From Bugula neritina (lineage: Eukaryota > Animalia > Bryozoa): 64,000 nucleotides of DNA. This document shows, in pieces, positions 12,498 to 27,612 of the stretch. Both the position numbers and the translations under genes were made by a program. Positions within the stretch are counted from its first letter, which is position 1. Each line of letters starts with the position of its first letter. The notes below the pieces were generated by a model that was not told the origin of the DNA, did no database searches, and saw only the letters and a list, made by a program, of their open reading frames with translations. The stretch lies in NCBI GenBank assembly GCA_964035545.1, contig OZ037765.1, positions 26,969,504 through 27,033,503 of the forward strand, read 5' to 3'.

Positions 12498-15400
12498 GCT
12501 GAGCTGGCTTGGTGCAGTAGTCTGTGATGTCCCAGGTGTAGATAAACCCCTGTGTGTCAGCAGTCACTAGAGTTGTGTTATCTTCATTACAAGACGTGGC
12601 CAACACAGATTCCGTCGGGAAATCCGTTCCTCTGTGTTCACCTACATATAGTGAAACTTATTCTAGAGTTTTTTTAGCAAGTGTAAGTCAATTTGTGCAA
12701 AAGAAGTGTTTTTCACAATATTGTGATCATATTTTACTTGTTCTATAGAATTCACATATATTTATTTCATAGATAGATTAAAACGAGTAAGCGATTGTAT
12801 AACTTATTTAGTGATTTTTAGATGTTGAAAAAATTGTGAGGTCTTTTAAAAATATTCTGAAAAATATTCTACAGTGTATAAACTCTAGACTTTTTGTCTT
12901 TGTGAATTGCTATCATAATAGTAATTAATGTATCATTTTACTGTAATAATTAAATTTTAGATAAATAAATACTCTGTCACATATACAAATGTCTATATAA
13001 AATGCAAAGACGTCAGATATTCTATGATTCACATATAGTGTATATACTAATATATGTATGATAATATTAAACCCCTTCCTCACCTAATAAGTTCTTGTTA
13101 CCAAATATACTCCACCACTTGGTTACTCCAGCCTGACACGAGACCAGAACAGCTGCTTCAGTTAACTTACTGTCAATTCTATGCTTCAAGAATAATATTT
13201 TATCTACTGGGATGACAGTTCTACAACAGATTATATTCACATGCTGTATACATTGTGTTGATGTGTTATTATTTAGGTCATCTATATTTGCACTGACATC
13301 ATATTAATACGATAAATATTAAAATTCTTATTATGTTCATAGCTGTGCCTGTATGCTTAATTTCGATCTACAGTTATGTCTGGCAACCAATGCATCTTTT
13401 GCTGGAGCAGAATTTATTGCTACATATATCTATATATAGTAATCTATAATGTTAATATTAATATAGTATTCTATATTAGTGACATGTATATATAACTATA
13501 TCAAAATACATGCATATCATTTTATAGTAATATGTATATAATATTCTACAGCAATAATACATATATATAATTATATAGCAATACACATATTGTATTATAT
13601 AATAATAATGCGTATATAGTATTACATAATAATTACCCTTTAGGTGGGGGCTGATGACTCTGTCTATGTCTAGAGTTAGGTCTGCTGAGTCGTTCTCCAT
13701 CCTCGACCTCTGACCTTCTTCTCCGATCATTCCCAGCATGCTTTGTGCCCGTGTTACTAAAATAGACACTTGACAGATGAGTTGGCAGTATAGAGTGTAG
13801 CAATTGTTTGTTGCCCACATCTAAATGTGGAAAGGGCGGGATTCTGAAAAGCCTCATTCTGTATTTTAAACCTTAGCTGGCAATTACTAGTTCAAGAATT
13901 TAGCCATTTAAAAAGCATTTACACTTAAAAACTTAATGCCCTACAAGTTATAATTCTCACATAATGTTATTAAATATCCTATATGAGTTGAAAGCTGACA
14001 AGCATATCAACTCAATGCTGATATACATGTGCTCTAGCTATGAATACACCAAGACTACACAACACCTAAGTAGGTCCGCCACTGTTTGGTACCTTGTACA
14101 ATCTAGTCTGAGTATAAGCTTCTCCGTCTCCAACGTCCACACCAGAATCTCTCCATCAAAGCTAGCCGTAGCGAGTAGATTGGGTGAACAGTAAGCCAGG
14201 TCCAGTATATCATCTCTGTGCAGTGTACCACCTTTCCATGAGTCATCAGCCTCTATGTACAGGTTCTAAACACAGGAGTTTTCTTCTCAGTAACAACTAC
14301 CTTATATATTGACTGTGTGGAAGCAGGCAATATTACTATCACTCTACTAGGCATTCATTATAATACATACACATTACAGGCATTACACGTATACGTATTC
14401 ATATGTAATGTTTCACTGCTGCTTTCAAATTCAACTTGTTTATTGGAGTTTTTCCTTAAATGAATAAAATGCAAGGACTGGCAATAATATTTTATTAGCA
14501 ACAAATTTTTTATAAAAACTCTATACCTATTTAGACTGTTGAGACTGAATCTGTTTTCAAGATTTGTTTATAGTAACTATAGATCATGTATGAACTATGA
14601 AGTAAATTAATGTTTAATTACACCTAATATAACTTGTTGTTAACCATTTGTGGATAAACTCTTGGTATATGAATTGCAAGTATAACATAGTAAGTAGTTT
14701 ATGGCTAACTGTAGTAATATATTATATTCAATTCCTCTGATTTATACTTACATCTCCTTCGGAGTCATCATATTTTGTTATCTTTCTACTCCATCCGACT
14801 GTAAGCATGTATTCTTTCTCAACAAGGGAGAGAACTCCTGTAACTTCACTCTCATCCACTGGTTCCAGTTTGTGCAGGTTGTGACCATTTTGAAAATTCC
14901 ACACCTAAAAGTATCACAAAAAATACAATTATCACAAGCATTTCTAGACTTTGATTAAAAAATTATACTGTGTTTGTTATAATTTTTTTGCTATCATATG
15001 TAATTAGCAATTCATATTTTGAAGTTGTTTCATGCGATTTTTACTGCTCAAAATTCTTTGAGTCTACCACAACTGTTTAACTTGAGTACAATAAGTAGTT
15101 AAATGAATGTCAATTTTAAAAGAGTTACCTTGACTGTGCCGTTTCGCGCTCCCGTTATTAACCTTCTCCAGTTTCCATCAAAAGCCATGGAAGTTATTTC
15201 CTCATCGCCGTGTGCGTTGGTAAACACCAGGTTCTTGTTTCCTGTTTCAAAATCCCAACACATGAGGCTCGAATCATCTGCTCCTGTTACAACCTATTTA
15301 ACGCACAATATAAAAAGAAATAGCATAAACAAGCATACTATACTAACTAAAAGCAATAATAATATATTATGTAAAAAAATTATATAACGACCAGGTTTAT

Positions 15401-18400
15401 GACATAAACTTGCAACCTATTATAATATAATTCTGGCACTGAAGGATGGGAGCCTTTTACAGATGTTTTTTGCGTTGGATGTTGTTAGTCGCAGGTAATT
15501 TACAGTATAGTGTAATCAAACTGAAGGTTTCTAGTCGTTATTTATTACTTAATTACAATAACTAAATTAATATTGGCAGCAGCTGCCGATAGAGCAGCGA
15601 TATAGCAGGAGTGTGATTACAATCAATTCTCTCGCACTGAAAAGCTAAGTTCTCGGCAAGTGTTTATCAAAAAGATAAGAGTATAGGTTGTTTACTGATT
15701 TTCACATATTTTAATAAAATATCAGTTAATGTTTGTTTTAAATTTGCTACTCTACAACTTATTGTTTATTCCAGTGTAGCGATATAACAAATAAAAAATT
15801 CTATATCACACCCATATAAGGAAGTAAATGCTATTAATTTATACCATGCAGTGATGATTATTAGAAGTTATCTACCCAGTAAGTAAGAAGTTATAATGTC
15901 TCACCTCCCTAAAAAACTGGTTGTAGATGGCAGCGCATAGGGGAGCATAATGCGTTCGAGGAATGTCGTCGGCGGGTTTGTGGTATAGCCCAAGTTTCAA
16001 CTTAGCTATGTAGTCGTTACAGGCAACTAGAAGGCAACTGTGGGGCGACCCGATAACAGCATTCAAATGTAGAGGAAACGAGCCATGGTCAGGAATGTGC
16101 CCGTGTAAAGATGTGGGAAACTTTAGTATTACTGTTTGCAGGCACGTGTAGTCCCGGATGTCCCACACCTTCAGCATCTGTGTGTACAAGTATGTTCATA
16201 GTCTAGGTATACAGTGCATAATGTGTAGTAGTATAGACTACAGAGCTACTGATTTTACTTTATATTGCTGTTCAACTATATTACGTATGTAAAGATCAAT
16301 GTTGCCAAAATTATCATTATTCCACTAGCAATCAGTAGCTGCGATGCATGGAAACATGGAAACATATTCATACAGCAAATCTTTTTGTTTGTCAATTTCT
16401 TTTATAGTTAGATTTATCATTGTGATTATACTGTTTGTTAAATTAGAAGTTGCCTATTACAAGGACTTGACATATGAACACATAATTACTCAAATACATG
16501 ATAATAATGGATAAGTATTTAGTTACTACAATAATGAACACACAAAAATATATTTAAAGAATTTGTAGCATTAGAAGATAATCTTTGAACAGAACAGCCT
16601 GGCATGGAGTAATACTGGTGTAAGTCTTACAGCATCGGCAGAGTAACTGAAGACTTGTTCGAGGTACTCATAAATGACTACATCAATCACTGCCGAGTAG
16701 TGCCCTTCCAGCACTGTAATGGGCTTATTCGGAACATATGGGTTCCACAAGCGCACCATGTGATCAGGCGCTCCAGTGGCAAGCAAGTTCAGCTTCTTAC
16801 TGTGATCAAAGCAGTGAACACCCTGCAATATATAGTACACCACAATTTAATGAATATATGTTAAAGAAAAGCTTGTATAATTATACGAGTTGCTGTTGAA
16901 ATGGATATAAGAATGATGTTGATGGGAACTGAAATGATATGCAAGTTATATACTGACTATGGTTTCTAATTTCTACCTGAAACTTATAACTTTCAAATAT
17001 TTCCACGATGCTTTTTTAAAAGTTATCAGATGAATTATGGATTATAAAATGTATAGAAGCTGCAGTACATAATTATTCTAGACCAAGGTAAAATCATGCA
17101 AAGTAGCAAATATCGTATCAATATTGCTTCTAAAGCACAGACTATCATTATATTAAACAGGGATGACATCACATCTTATAACATAGAGTTGAAATGCTGT
17201 ACATGACTATATAGCAGCTGTAAGCTTACTTTAGCCAACTTAAACACATATGGCTTTTTATTGCCTGCCCTGTCTATAATAACCACTGATGTCTTCGGAC
17301 TAGCACTGCCAGTGATGATGAGGTCATTGTGAGAAACGTACTTTATTCTTTTGATTGGTTCACCTTTATGTATGCCATCAACTACCGTGTGCTGTACAAA
17401 CCTGCTGTGCTTCAGTAAATCCTTCAATAGAAGAATGAAAAGAAATTCTATAATATCTAAATTTCTGCTTTATTAAGATAAACTATTTTTTTATTGAATC
17501 AAATTTATTTGCATAACACCAACACGTAAATGAACTCAAATCTTCAAACTAGAAATTTCTATGCTGTATCATTTATTTAAAATAATGATGTTATATTTAT
17601 ACTGACCTGCATATAGATTCTGTTTTTAGTTTGTTTTGTGGCTTGTTTAGTGAAAGCTTTCTCAAATAGCTGAGTCTGAGGTGCCAGAAATTCTAAGATA
17701 TGAACATCTCCTGCATCGTCTCCCCACATCAACATCGCAGGCTCATTGCTGTCCTAGATTTTACAGAACATCAATTTAATCACTTTCTGTAACAGCTGCA
17801 TTCATCCTGCACTTAGTATTACTAAAGAATTACACTACTGATTATATTGATTATTTTTAAAAATAATATTTTCTTTTGGTTGCGATACTGCATGCATACT
17901 GTATACTGTAATATACTCTAATAATGCTACAATAACTTATTGGAATTGTGCTCCCATTGAAATAGGTCTATTACTGTTATCTATCTATATTAAATTAACT
18001 TTGAAATACGCGGTAACAAACCTTGTTCTTATAGTAGTAGGCAAGACAGTGCGGCACATTGTTCAGTCCATACAGGTGGTAGATCTCAATCATCTGATTT
18101 CCAGCTATATCATAGAACCTTATGTCTCTCCTGGTACTAGCTATGGCTATTTTGTGACAGTTGGGCATGTATATAGCGTCTGTGACCCACATCTAACATT
18201 ATTATCATGAGAAGAATTATTACAACATAAAAATGGCCAACTGCTGCTTAGTTATAATAAATTTATTGTAATTTAAAACCATCATTAAAATTCTTATTGA
18301 TTTTATAGCATTTTTATTACTACACCTATTTCGTAACATTTACAGCTGCACAACTGTTAATTTTATTAACATAAAGTTGCTCATTATTTTAGGTAACTGG

Positions 18401-21400
18401 TTTAGAATTTGCAATGGTCAAGTCAAATGACTGTTCTACACCACCAACTCCTATTTTATTGGAAAAATATAGCAACCCTACTACGCAATATATTCTCAGT
18501 ATGACAGTACTTAGGTTAAGCTAGTCTGACGCAAGTTTAGGAACTCGTCAACTTTAGAGACGGTAAAAAAGTACCTTGAATCTTCTTTTTTGGCCGTTGA
18601 TGTCCTCCATTTCAGGATCAGTATACGTTGCTTTCTCTAAAACCATGGTAGACGACCATATGCATATGGCGCCATCTTTGTTGATAGTCAAGTACCGGGG
18701 TGGATTATCAAGGGCTACTATGCATACAGTACATTCTTGCTGTAAGAATTAATTCTGATACATTATACTCTTTTAATTACTATATAGATATGAATAGAAA
18801 TAACGTTCTGTAAGCATTTTAGTTACACAAAAATAAAATGTATGTTGCCAACACTGATCGTTCTGTAAATGTACATATTATATCCGTTAATAAAATACTA
18901 AAGTGATAACTATATAACATGTATAATTGTATAACTCTGGTTTATAAGCAGCCTTAAACAGCCTTTAAATAGTTTATATAATATTCAAGTGATAGCAAAG
19001 CACTATATATATAATATATAATATATAATATATAATATATATATAATATATAATATATAATATATATATTATATAATATATTATATATAATATATAATAT
19101 ATATATAATATATATATATAATATATATAATATTCAAGCACTATATAGAACATGTAAAATATTGGTTTATCAGTAAGTTGAAAATACTTTTCACTCACTC
19201 TGTTGTGGACAACATGCTTTATCTTTGGATCGTTCACGAAAGGGATTTCCTTTTTAGTCCTCAAGTAATCATTTTCTCTGTAATGCAGCAGCATGTAAGT
19301 GGCGAACTCATTCCAGTCTACAAACCCATCCGCAGATGTGTCCAGCTGCAATAGCATATAATTGAGAGTCTCTATATTACAGTATCATAAATAGAAATTA
19401 ATAAAAAAAACTTCTGTTTCTTGACACTATATAACCTATAATATTTATATATCGTGTATATGATATATTGTGTATATGATATATTGTGTATATGACAAAG
19501 CTTATATATATGCAATATAACAAGTTTATGATATATCATTTACAAGTTATCTATTGACTTATATTTGATATTCTTAATAAAATATTCAATTTCAAAGTTA
19601 ACATTGCTTCTAATAGTGTTCATTATAAACTGCACAAAGTAATAGTTATTTATTACCCGGTGCTCTAAAAGTAGCACCTGGCGTTTCTCAGCGTACACAC
19701 ATGTATAAACAAACGGAACAGCTTTTGCTTATAACATATTCTGTTACTCAACCTTTGTGAACAGCTTATCCAGTTGGTCGTCATATCTTCGAGTCTGAAG
19801 AACCCCAGCTATGGTTTCCTTGAACTCTTCAGGATTAAGGGCCCCAGGCTCTCTGTGCTCGTATTTAGTGGCGGAGTACTTGCTCGTTCCCTCCAGTATT
19901 CTGGTCTCGGGCCGATGGTTGTCAAACAGTTCCATCAACTCATGGAGATGAGTCAACTCAATGTGTTCCTCTAGTCTCAGGTGCTCCGGTATCTTGTTGA
20001 AACTGAAAGGAAAGAGCTGAGCAAATTATAAAACAAACTTCAGGATATTCAGACAAATACTATTCTTACATGTCTGATTATAATATGATTATATGTGTAA
20101 TTGTAAGTTAAATGTAAAGATTGCAACAAAGTGTATTATGGCACTGGTGCTTGTAAGATCTGTGAACCGTTATATAAAGCTGCATCATATCTGCAACAGT
20201 TTTATGTCACTAACCATAGAAAATAAGGAGAGGGAAAATTGCATTTAAAACTTGAGACATAAAAAGCTGTAATTTTTCAATAATTAATTTAGTAAATTAT
20301 TGTTTGTGTCTCAACACATTTCTTATTCTGCTGACAATGCATGTAGTTGTGGAAAAGCATTTTCTGCCATATAAAATACATGGTTGATTATTTGTAAACA
20401 TAAATTGTGGTAAATGATAATACGAGAACCATTAAATTTTATATTCTTACTTTGTTTTCTAACATAGAGAATTCTTTACTGCTGTACTACAGTGTGTATA
20501 AACAACAATATGTTCTAAAAAATATTTAAACTGATGTAAAATCAAAGTTTAATTCTAGATGCTGTGCTTTAAAGATTATAAACATATAACGGATATAACT
20601 TACATGGTTTAAAATTGATTTTGAACTTGGCATAAATTACACGCAAATACTATAAGCTACTGTATTCTAGTTAAAATATGAAACAGTAATTGCTTTCAAC
20701 TGTTACTTACATGAGTTTTTCTGTCATAACTGCTATTTACTTTACATAAACTAGCTAGAGTTGAGCCAGATTTTAGGTTAGTAAAAATGTTTAAAGACAA
20801 GTTGCTTGCTCTCAAGTAAAGCAACTTTTTTTCAATTCCAAACCCCCACCCAACGGTTAGAAATCTGAGTTAGACACAAATAAGCATTTTGTATGTAGGT
20901 GAACTGACTGTAGACTGTAAATATATGTTATGTGTTAATTAACTTCAGCTAGGTGTTGTAAAATCTATACTAGCCACTTATGATGAATAGAAACTTTAAC
21001 TGACGCAAGAAATGTACGTAACTTGAAATTGATTTAAAATAGTAGTCTCATAATATAGACGTAAACAATCTGCTGACAAATATATAACTTTTATAAAGGG
21101 CTGTTTGTCTAAATCTGATTTATTAATGAGAAGCTCAGACTTGCTTAACTAGATCAGTTAACTATTATCTAACACAACTTTGATTATCGGAAAAGAAATA
21201 TTATGATAGCGATTTTACTTGAATTATGCTTATGAGTTATGATGGGTATACACTGGTGTGATTCTAGCACCCATACAGATAATATTAACGGCAACTTTAA
21301 CTTCTACTAATTGAAACTATATAAAAATATTTTAAGCTCAAACCCACTTTTATAAAAATGAGTACTTTTACAAAAGGAATGTTGGTTTATATGATTTATG

Positions 21401-22740
21401 ATAAACTTACTTTATTTACAACTGGTATATAACGTTGCAGCAAGACATATTATTTAGCTGATACAAGTTCCTATAACAACTGATGAAGTTTAAAAAGCTT
21501 CATAATACGTTCAAAGGATGGCAGCTTAAATTAGCTTTAAAATAAAAGCTTAAACAGCAACTTTACAAAATTAAAGCTGTAAGTAAATTGCTATAAAACC
21601 TTTGTTTTGATTAAATTCACTTTTTTCAAAATTGACCCAATTTTTCATTTCTAGTTACTTGGCTGTATTTTAATTACAAGTAAACAACTTTTTTGCAACT
21701 TTCATAAGCTATCATCTCATCTATAACAAAGCCATTTTTTACTTTTGACTATCATTAGTTTTTCAAAAATAATTTTAGCATGAATGTTTATAGTACCATT
21801 TGAATAGCTTACCAAGTCCAATTAGACGACAACAGTCTATTATATATCATATCAAGAACTTTATACAGTCGTTCCAAGTCGCAATGTTTGTGCTCCACAG
21901 CACTTTTAGCAGCACCAGGTTTCCAGTGAGTTGTGACATGCTGCCTACGTTGAGTTCTATTTCTGTGCATTATTTGTCACAGCGGAGGGCCTCTTAATAA
22001 CAAGTTTATGCCCTTTTGAAGTACAGTCTTTAGTACTAGTGACAGTGTTTTGCTGAATTCTTGGGAAAGTTTACAGACACAATTTAATGGTCGTGGGTTA
22101 ATAACCTAGAACTCTTTATTATACTCTGGAGACAGGATACTGTATAATTATCTTTTATAGTATACCACCATTTGTATTGATTCTTTAGATTTCATAATTG
22201 AGTATTTAGTCATGACAGTTTAAGTTGAGCAAATATTATTATTAGTTCATAAAATTGCTGCCGTGTCAAGCTCTTTGAAATGTGCCAGACTACAGCTCCT
22301 TAAATTACTTCATAAACTTATCAGTTATAATTGTTATTGAAATTAAAAGAACTGAAGTCCAACTGGAGAGAAACTAGCAATTTTCACAGAGATAAACCAG
22401 ATAAGGCATATTTAGGTGCGTCAAATGTATGGTTTTAATCGTAAAAGATTTTGTACCTGATGAGTATTTATCATGACTACAATTCTGTGTTTACATACAT
22501 ATATATTTATATTTCCTTTTTGTAAGATTAAAAATTTTTACGCAGAAATATTTTTGCTACCGGCTTGTCTCAGCTTTTATTACCATAAAAAGTTTGAACT
22601 CATACTCTTAGTTTAAGATGAATATATATCGTAAGCAAATAGTTGGAGTAAATGAGGTATTAGTTTCAATTGTAATAAAACAACAGCATACTATAGTAAG
22701 TAATATACACTCACCGAAAGAAATCAATAGGTTCTGCCAT
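9751..22740 (-). CDS. EF-hand plus WD40-repeat protein, WDR49/EFCAB8/WDY-like, about 19-20 exons
   Basis: Start MAEPIDFFR (22715-22740, GTGAGT donor); EF-hand LFTKLDTSADGFVDWNEFATYML; many WD repeats (MLKVWDIRD, VRLWNPY, GHEQAVVSVEY...ARLWSSDGKFIGTFGQ); phase-compatible GT-AG exons to the stop at 9751-9753. Exact orthology not assignable without a search. Confidence 0.85.
11760..11913 (-). mobile_element. Decayed tRNA-derived SINE, copy 1
   Basis: Minus strand starts with A-box-like TGGTCTAGTGGTTAG and B-box-like GGGTCAAGCCC; body (ATTGGT..TAGGAAAGGCATTCAGTCATAATTG...AATAAGTCCTTAGCCC..TTAAAAAACC) aligns by eye to 27853-28035. Confidence 0.7.
19003..19133. repeat. Degenerate (TA/TAA) AT microsatellite
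   Basis: A/T-only tract; source of the YI-rich ORF tail. Confidence 0.9.
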
Positions 22741-24840
22741 ATTTTAATACAGACTAGGCTAGCTACTGGACTTATTACATAGCCGTTATAGTATCATCCA
22801 ACACACCTACGGCTTTCAGTGTCAGACTAATATGATATATTATAGTAGATCTACTTATTAAATGTTGTTCTGTTGATACAGACTTAAGATTCTGGTTGCT
22901 ATTCATCATGAATTTATATGTTTATTGAAATTCCTATCTTATCATTAAGTCAACTGCGAGTGTTTAGTCAACTTCTATATGCTGCAGTACAGTTCTACCT
23001 ATAACAGCAATGCTATATCAGCTGAGATAAAATATTAAACAAAATAATGCTTGAAGTCAGTTATATTATGTATTAATTTAAAATGATGCTAGAGTGAGAT
23101 TCTTCTATGCCTAACAGCATGCTTGTCCAGTAGTAAATAATGCTGCCAGGTCAGCACTATATGCTACCTACTAACTTCTGTAGTATAGAGAAGAGTAGCA
23201 CATGATCAGCCATATGGCTGGGTTTTAAAGTCAATCAGCTTGTATGAAATTTATATTCAAAACCGCTATGAAATAACCAAGGAAATTATATATATGAACT
23301 AGTTAAAATAGCAGGTTAAATACAAACGTATATAATATTTTATATTGATAGTAGTGATCAACGTATGAATAATTGGCAGCAGTTTTAATGCTAATAAAAA
23401 AGGGAGCATAACTCTGATGTGGTAATAGAGCAAAATACCTACTAGATAATCATTATTATAGTTCAATATATTGCTTTATACAAAGTTTCAAATTTATGGT
23501 GATACATCATATGTATACAATGGATGTGCATTTATAATGCATTGTATCAGCTTATCAGGTTCAGTGAGTGAGTTAGAGAAAGAACACTTTTGTAAATTTT
23601 GAGATTGCTAAATCTGCTTAGAAAAAATTTATGTGTATCATAAAAATAAATGTTGCTATGGAAGGGTGACAGTATGCCACAAGGAAAATTTTCTAACTTT
23701 TTTATTTTCCTAGCTATATTTTCACAATTTACAAAACACCATTTTGCATATAGTTATGAAATTAGCAAATCACAAATTTTCAAATGCCACAAAAGCATAA
23801 CCAGAAGATGCAGTAAATCTTCGAGATTGTGAAATATTAAAGTAATATATTGTAGAATAAAGTGTAAATTTTTGAAAAGCAAAAGAATATTTAAAGTTAG
23901 TATTATGAGACACTTGCCTTTGAAAGCCATAATCTGTATCTTCAACAGCATTATCAAGTTCAGCTAATGTTTTATGTTGTGAAGACATGAGCTACAAATC
24001 TAATCACAGTTGATAGAAATATGGAACTTAGGTTTACTTAGCTTTCGTGTTACTTTTTGTGCTCATACCACTTTCACCATTCAACAGAGTATAGCTCTAT
24101 CCAAGTTTTTAACACATTTAAAATAAATCTAATATAATGCATTCTTTTAATAGCATATATTAACATAGTTTGTTGTTTTAATAATGGACAGTTGAAAAAC
24201 ACATAATGGCTGCTGATGTAACGCAGCATAATACCCACTAATTGATGCTTTCACTAATGCACTCTCCTTTTGTACTCAGAAATTTATGCTTATAGCAGTG
24301 ATGCCCAAAGCATACTATAGATTTATGACTATCATAACATACATAGTGTATTATTCCACTCGCTATTATATGAAATTATATAACCGCAATAGTATTATAA
24401 TGTTATTGATATACTTTACAAAACTACTCTTGCATGATAATAGTTTTAGTACCAGAAAGTATTTTAAGGCTTTTAAAAAATATGTTTATTAATATCACCT
24501 CTTCCCCATAGTCCTAATTTGTGACAAAACTTCATAGCCTGTTATTTGTAAATTAAGACTTTTCAAAATTTTTAAATTGAATCAAAGTTCAGGCATCAAA
24601 GTTATTTTTATAAATAGCAGCACTTTGTTTACTTGAGCTCTAGTTTCCTTTTACTCTATCTCTACACTAATATTGTTATAACATTAGGCAGGTTACTTTT
24701 AGAGCAGGAGAATTTATCTGTCCATGCAATGGAAGAAGATACTGATAACTTAAATATCTATATTATATTTTGAATTCCCATGCTCAGCAAAAACCGTTAT
24801 TTTTATAACCTTCATCAGGTCACATCACTCATTATTTAAC

Positions 24841-25220
24841 ATGTGTATGTCACATGTGTATGTCACATGTGTATGTCACATGTGTATGTCACATGTGTAT
24901 GTCACATGTGTATGTCACATGTGTATGTCACATGTGTATGTCACATGTGTATGTCACATGTTTATGTCACATGTTTATGTCACATGTTTATGTCACATGT
25001 GTATGTAACATGTTTATGTCACATGTTTATGTCACATGTGTATGTAACATGTTTATGTCACATGTTTATGTCACATGTGTATGTAACATGTTTATGTCAC
25101 ATGTTTATGTCACATGTTTATGTCACATGTGTATGTAACATGTTTATGTCACATGTTTATGTCACATGTTTATGTCACATGTTTATGTCACATGTTTATG
25201 TCACATGTGACATAAACATG
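24841..25220. repeat. 13-bp minisatellite (ATGT[G/T]TATGTCAC) about 28 copies, ending in one inverted unit
   Basis: Tandem units read directly; 25191-25220 is a perfect 30-bp palindrome. Confidence 0.95.
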
Positions 25221-27612
25221 TATTATGCTGCATGTATCAGACCACATTTATTATGTAAGCAGATACAATTGATGCTCTGTAAAAATGCTAACAATAGTAA
25301 AATAGTTGAACAGTGGTTTTTCCTACTTTAGTATAAAATAGAATGTTCAGTGCAAAGAATCTTATAGCTGTAACAATTATTATAATGTTATCTAGATATG
25401 AGCAATAATAAGGAATCCTCTACTATTATGTAAAAACTACTTATTTGCAGCCTTAGAGATCTGTTTATAGGATGAGTTACATATTTGAACTAATCATATA
25501 AATGTAGAAATTGATAAATCATTAAAACTGGTGAAGTGACCAAGGAGTGTTTTTAATTGTTATAAAATTGTATACAACCAATAATTCTTAATTAAATTAG
25601 TCATGTTAAAATATTATATAATTCATCATATTAAGAGTTATCATACCTTTGAAACGTTTCCAAGTTTTCAAAGCTCAAGCTTCTCTCCAACTTATTCGAT
25701 CTCATTCGCTAAAACAGTTGATAAGCCTGATGAGTCATAAGAAAAATACTGTGTTATTTATTATTATATAATAATAATGTGTTCAATAGATACTAGACCT
25801 ATATTCATTATAAGTATGAATAATTTTAACTGGTACAAGAAAACTCTGATAAGCCATAAGGTCTGTTGTGAACAATACTAATTTGTGGAAAATATTTATT
25901 GAAATACTGGTCATACTGTTGATACAATTTACAAGAAAATGTAACTTTGCTTAAATCGTAATATAGAGCATATAATATATTATGATATACAGTATGGCAC
26001 CATATTTGATTTAAATTTGTATTTTTATAATAGAAAGTCCTGTTTCAAGCATCAACTTAGAAACTCTTTGCTTCGTAATAATCATGAAAGTATGAGTCAG
26101 TTAAAAATTCTTTATTATTTACACATTCAAACGCTTAAACACTGAGTAAAATAAGTACAAAGAGGGATGCATATTTTTACACTTCCTGAAATTATTAGCT
26201 TTATCGTACAGGTGAATAGGGGATGAAACTGCATAGGTTCTATGATCTATCAGATATTTGTAGTTTGTAAAATAAAGTAAACATGATTCCAATCTAGATG
26301 TCAAGTCAAAATAATAAATCTGTACTAAAAGGAAGCTCATATCTTTGCACCTTAAAAGATGTTTTAAGTTACTTTACGTTGTTCAGTAAAAGTCAAAACT
26401 GCTAACAGATATTGTAGATATCCTTTTAACATTTATCTAAAAGCTTACTTACTTCTAAAAGATCTACAAGAGCTCTCTTCCATTTCTGCCTGTGCTGAAT
26501 TTCTTTAGGGATTTGAACGTTAGACTCCATTTCAGATGTCAATGAGTATTGAAACAGATCAGCACATCTTAGGACTTATAGCACTGGGAGAGCCAACTTT
26601 CTTTGTCATATAATGTATTTAAATCTCAAACTTTGTATAATATTTACTACATTATGGTCACCTAAAGCCTTTAAACTAAAGTTGTGTTCAAATAATAAAG
26701 GCTCCAGAACTTCAACACTGTCAGTGCTTGTTAAGTTGTAATAAGATTCGAATTTTTAAGTTCTAAATACATAACAACCAGAGAAAACGAGAGTTAACAA
26801 ACATAGCACTCCATATTTACTTGTCAAACAGTTTAATTTACACTTGGCTAGCTTTACATAAATTATATATGAGAATATTTTGCTGTTACAAAATAATTAC
26901 ACCAGAGGTAAGGATTTCATCTAACCTATTGTTGTATGGAATGTTTGCTAGTTATTGATTTTATATTTATTTTTACATGCTTGCTTGCAGTGCTAGTGAA
27001 GCTATAGATGGTTGCATTATGTAACTAGCTAGGAATTCATAATATGAGAGTGTGAAATAGTTGCATTCGCATATTCTGAATAAAATTAATTTATACCCAA
27101 GTTTACCCAGTTTTTGTTAAAAAATAGCTTAATGGAAGTTGATGGAGCTAGTGTCTTTATTTGGCAATAACACACCTGATATCAAAGAAAACGTGATATT
27201 GAGTGATACTAATTTGTGTTGCTAACTTTGTCTAAGGGCAACAAGTAAATGATCTAACAGCCAGCACCCTGCTGTTATAAATAGATGATTAGCAAAAATA
27301 ATTATTGCTGTGTACACAGGCCGACTATTGGGCATAAACTCCGATGATTGCTAAATAAATATTATATGTACCAGAAATAAATCAGCTCAAAGTAATGAAT
27401 AATATAATAACTGAATATGATAGCCTCATGTCTAATAGCCTTGGGAACAAATGAACATCATGGAAAAATAAACTTAGTTTATAACATAACACCTTCTCAA
27501 TCACTGATTATCAAAATAGACAGACGACCTAATGCTATAGTCTCTACTGATTGACCTCTTTTAGGATATTCTGCTGCCTCGAAAATATTCTTAAAATTTA
27601 CGTAAAATAAGG

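Noticed and set aside
24843-25331. Cys/His/Met-rich ORFs resembling metal-binding proteins
   Set aside because: They are translations of the 13-bp minisatellite; no splice or codon evidence.
21478-25750. Other CTGATGA occurrences (e.g. 21480, 22458, minus 24813, 25727) as hammerheads
   Set aside because: They lack a stem II followed by GAAA and a matching stem I/III.
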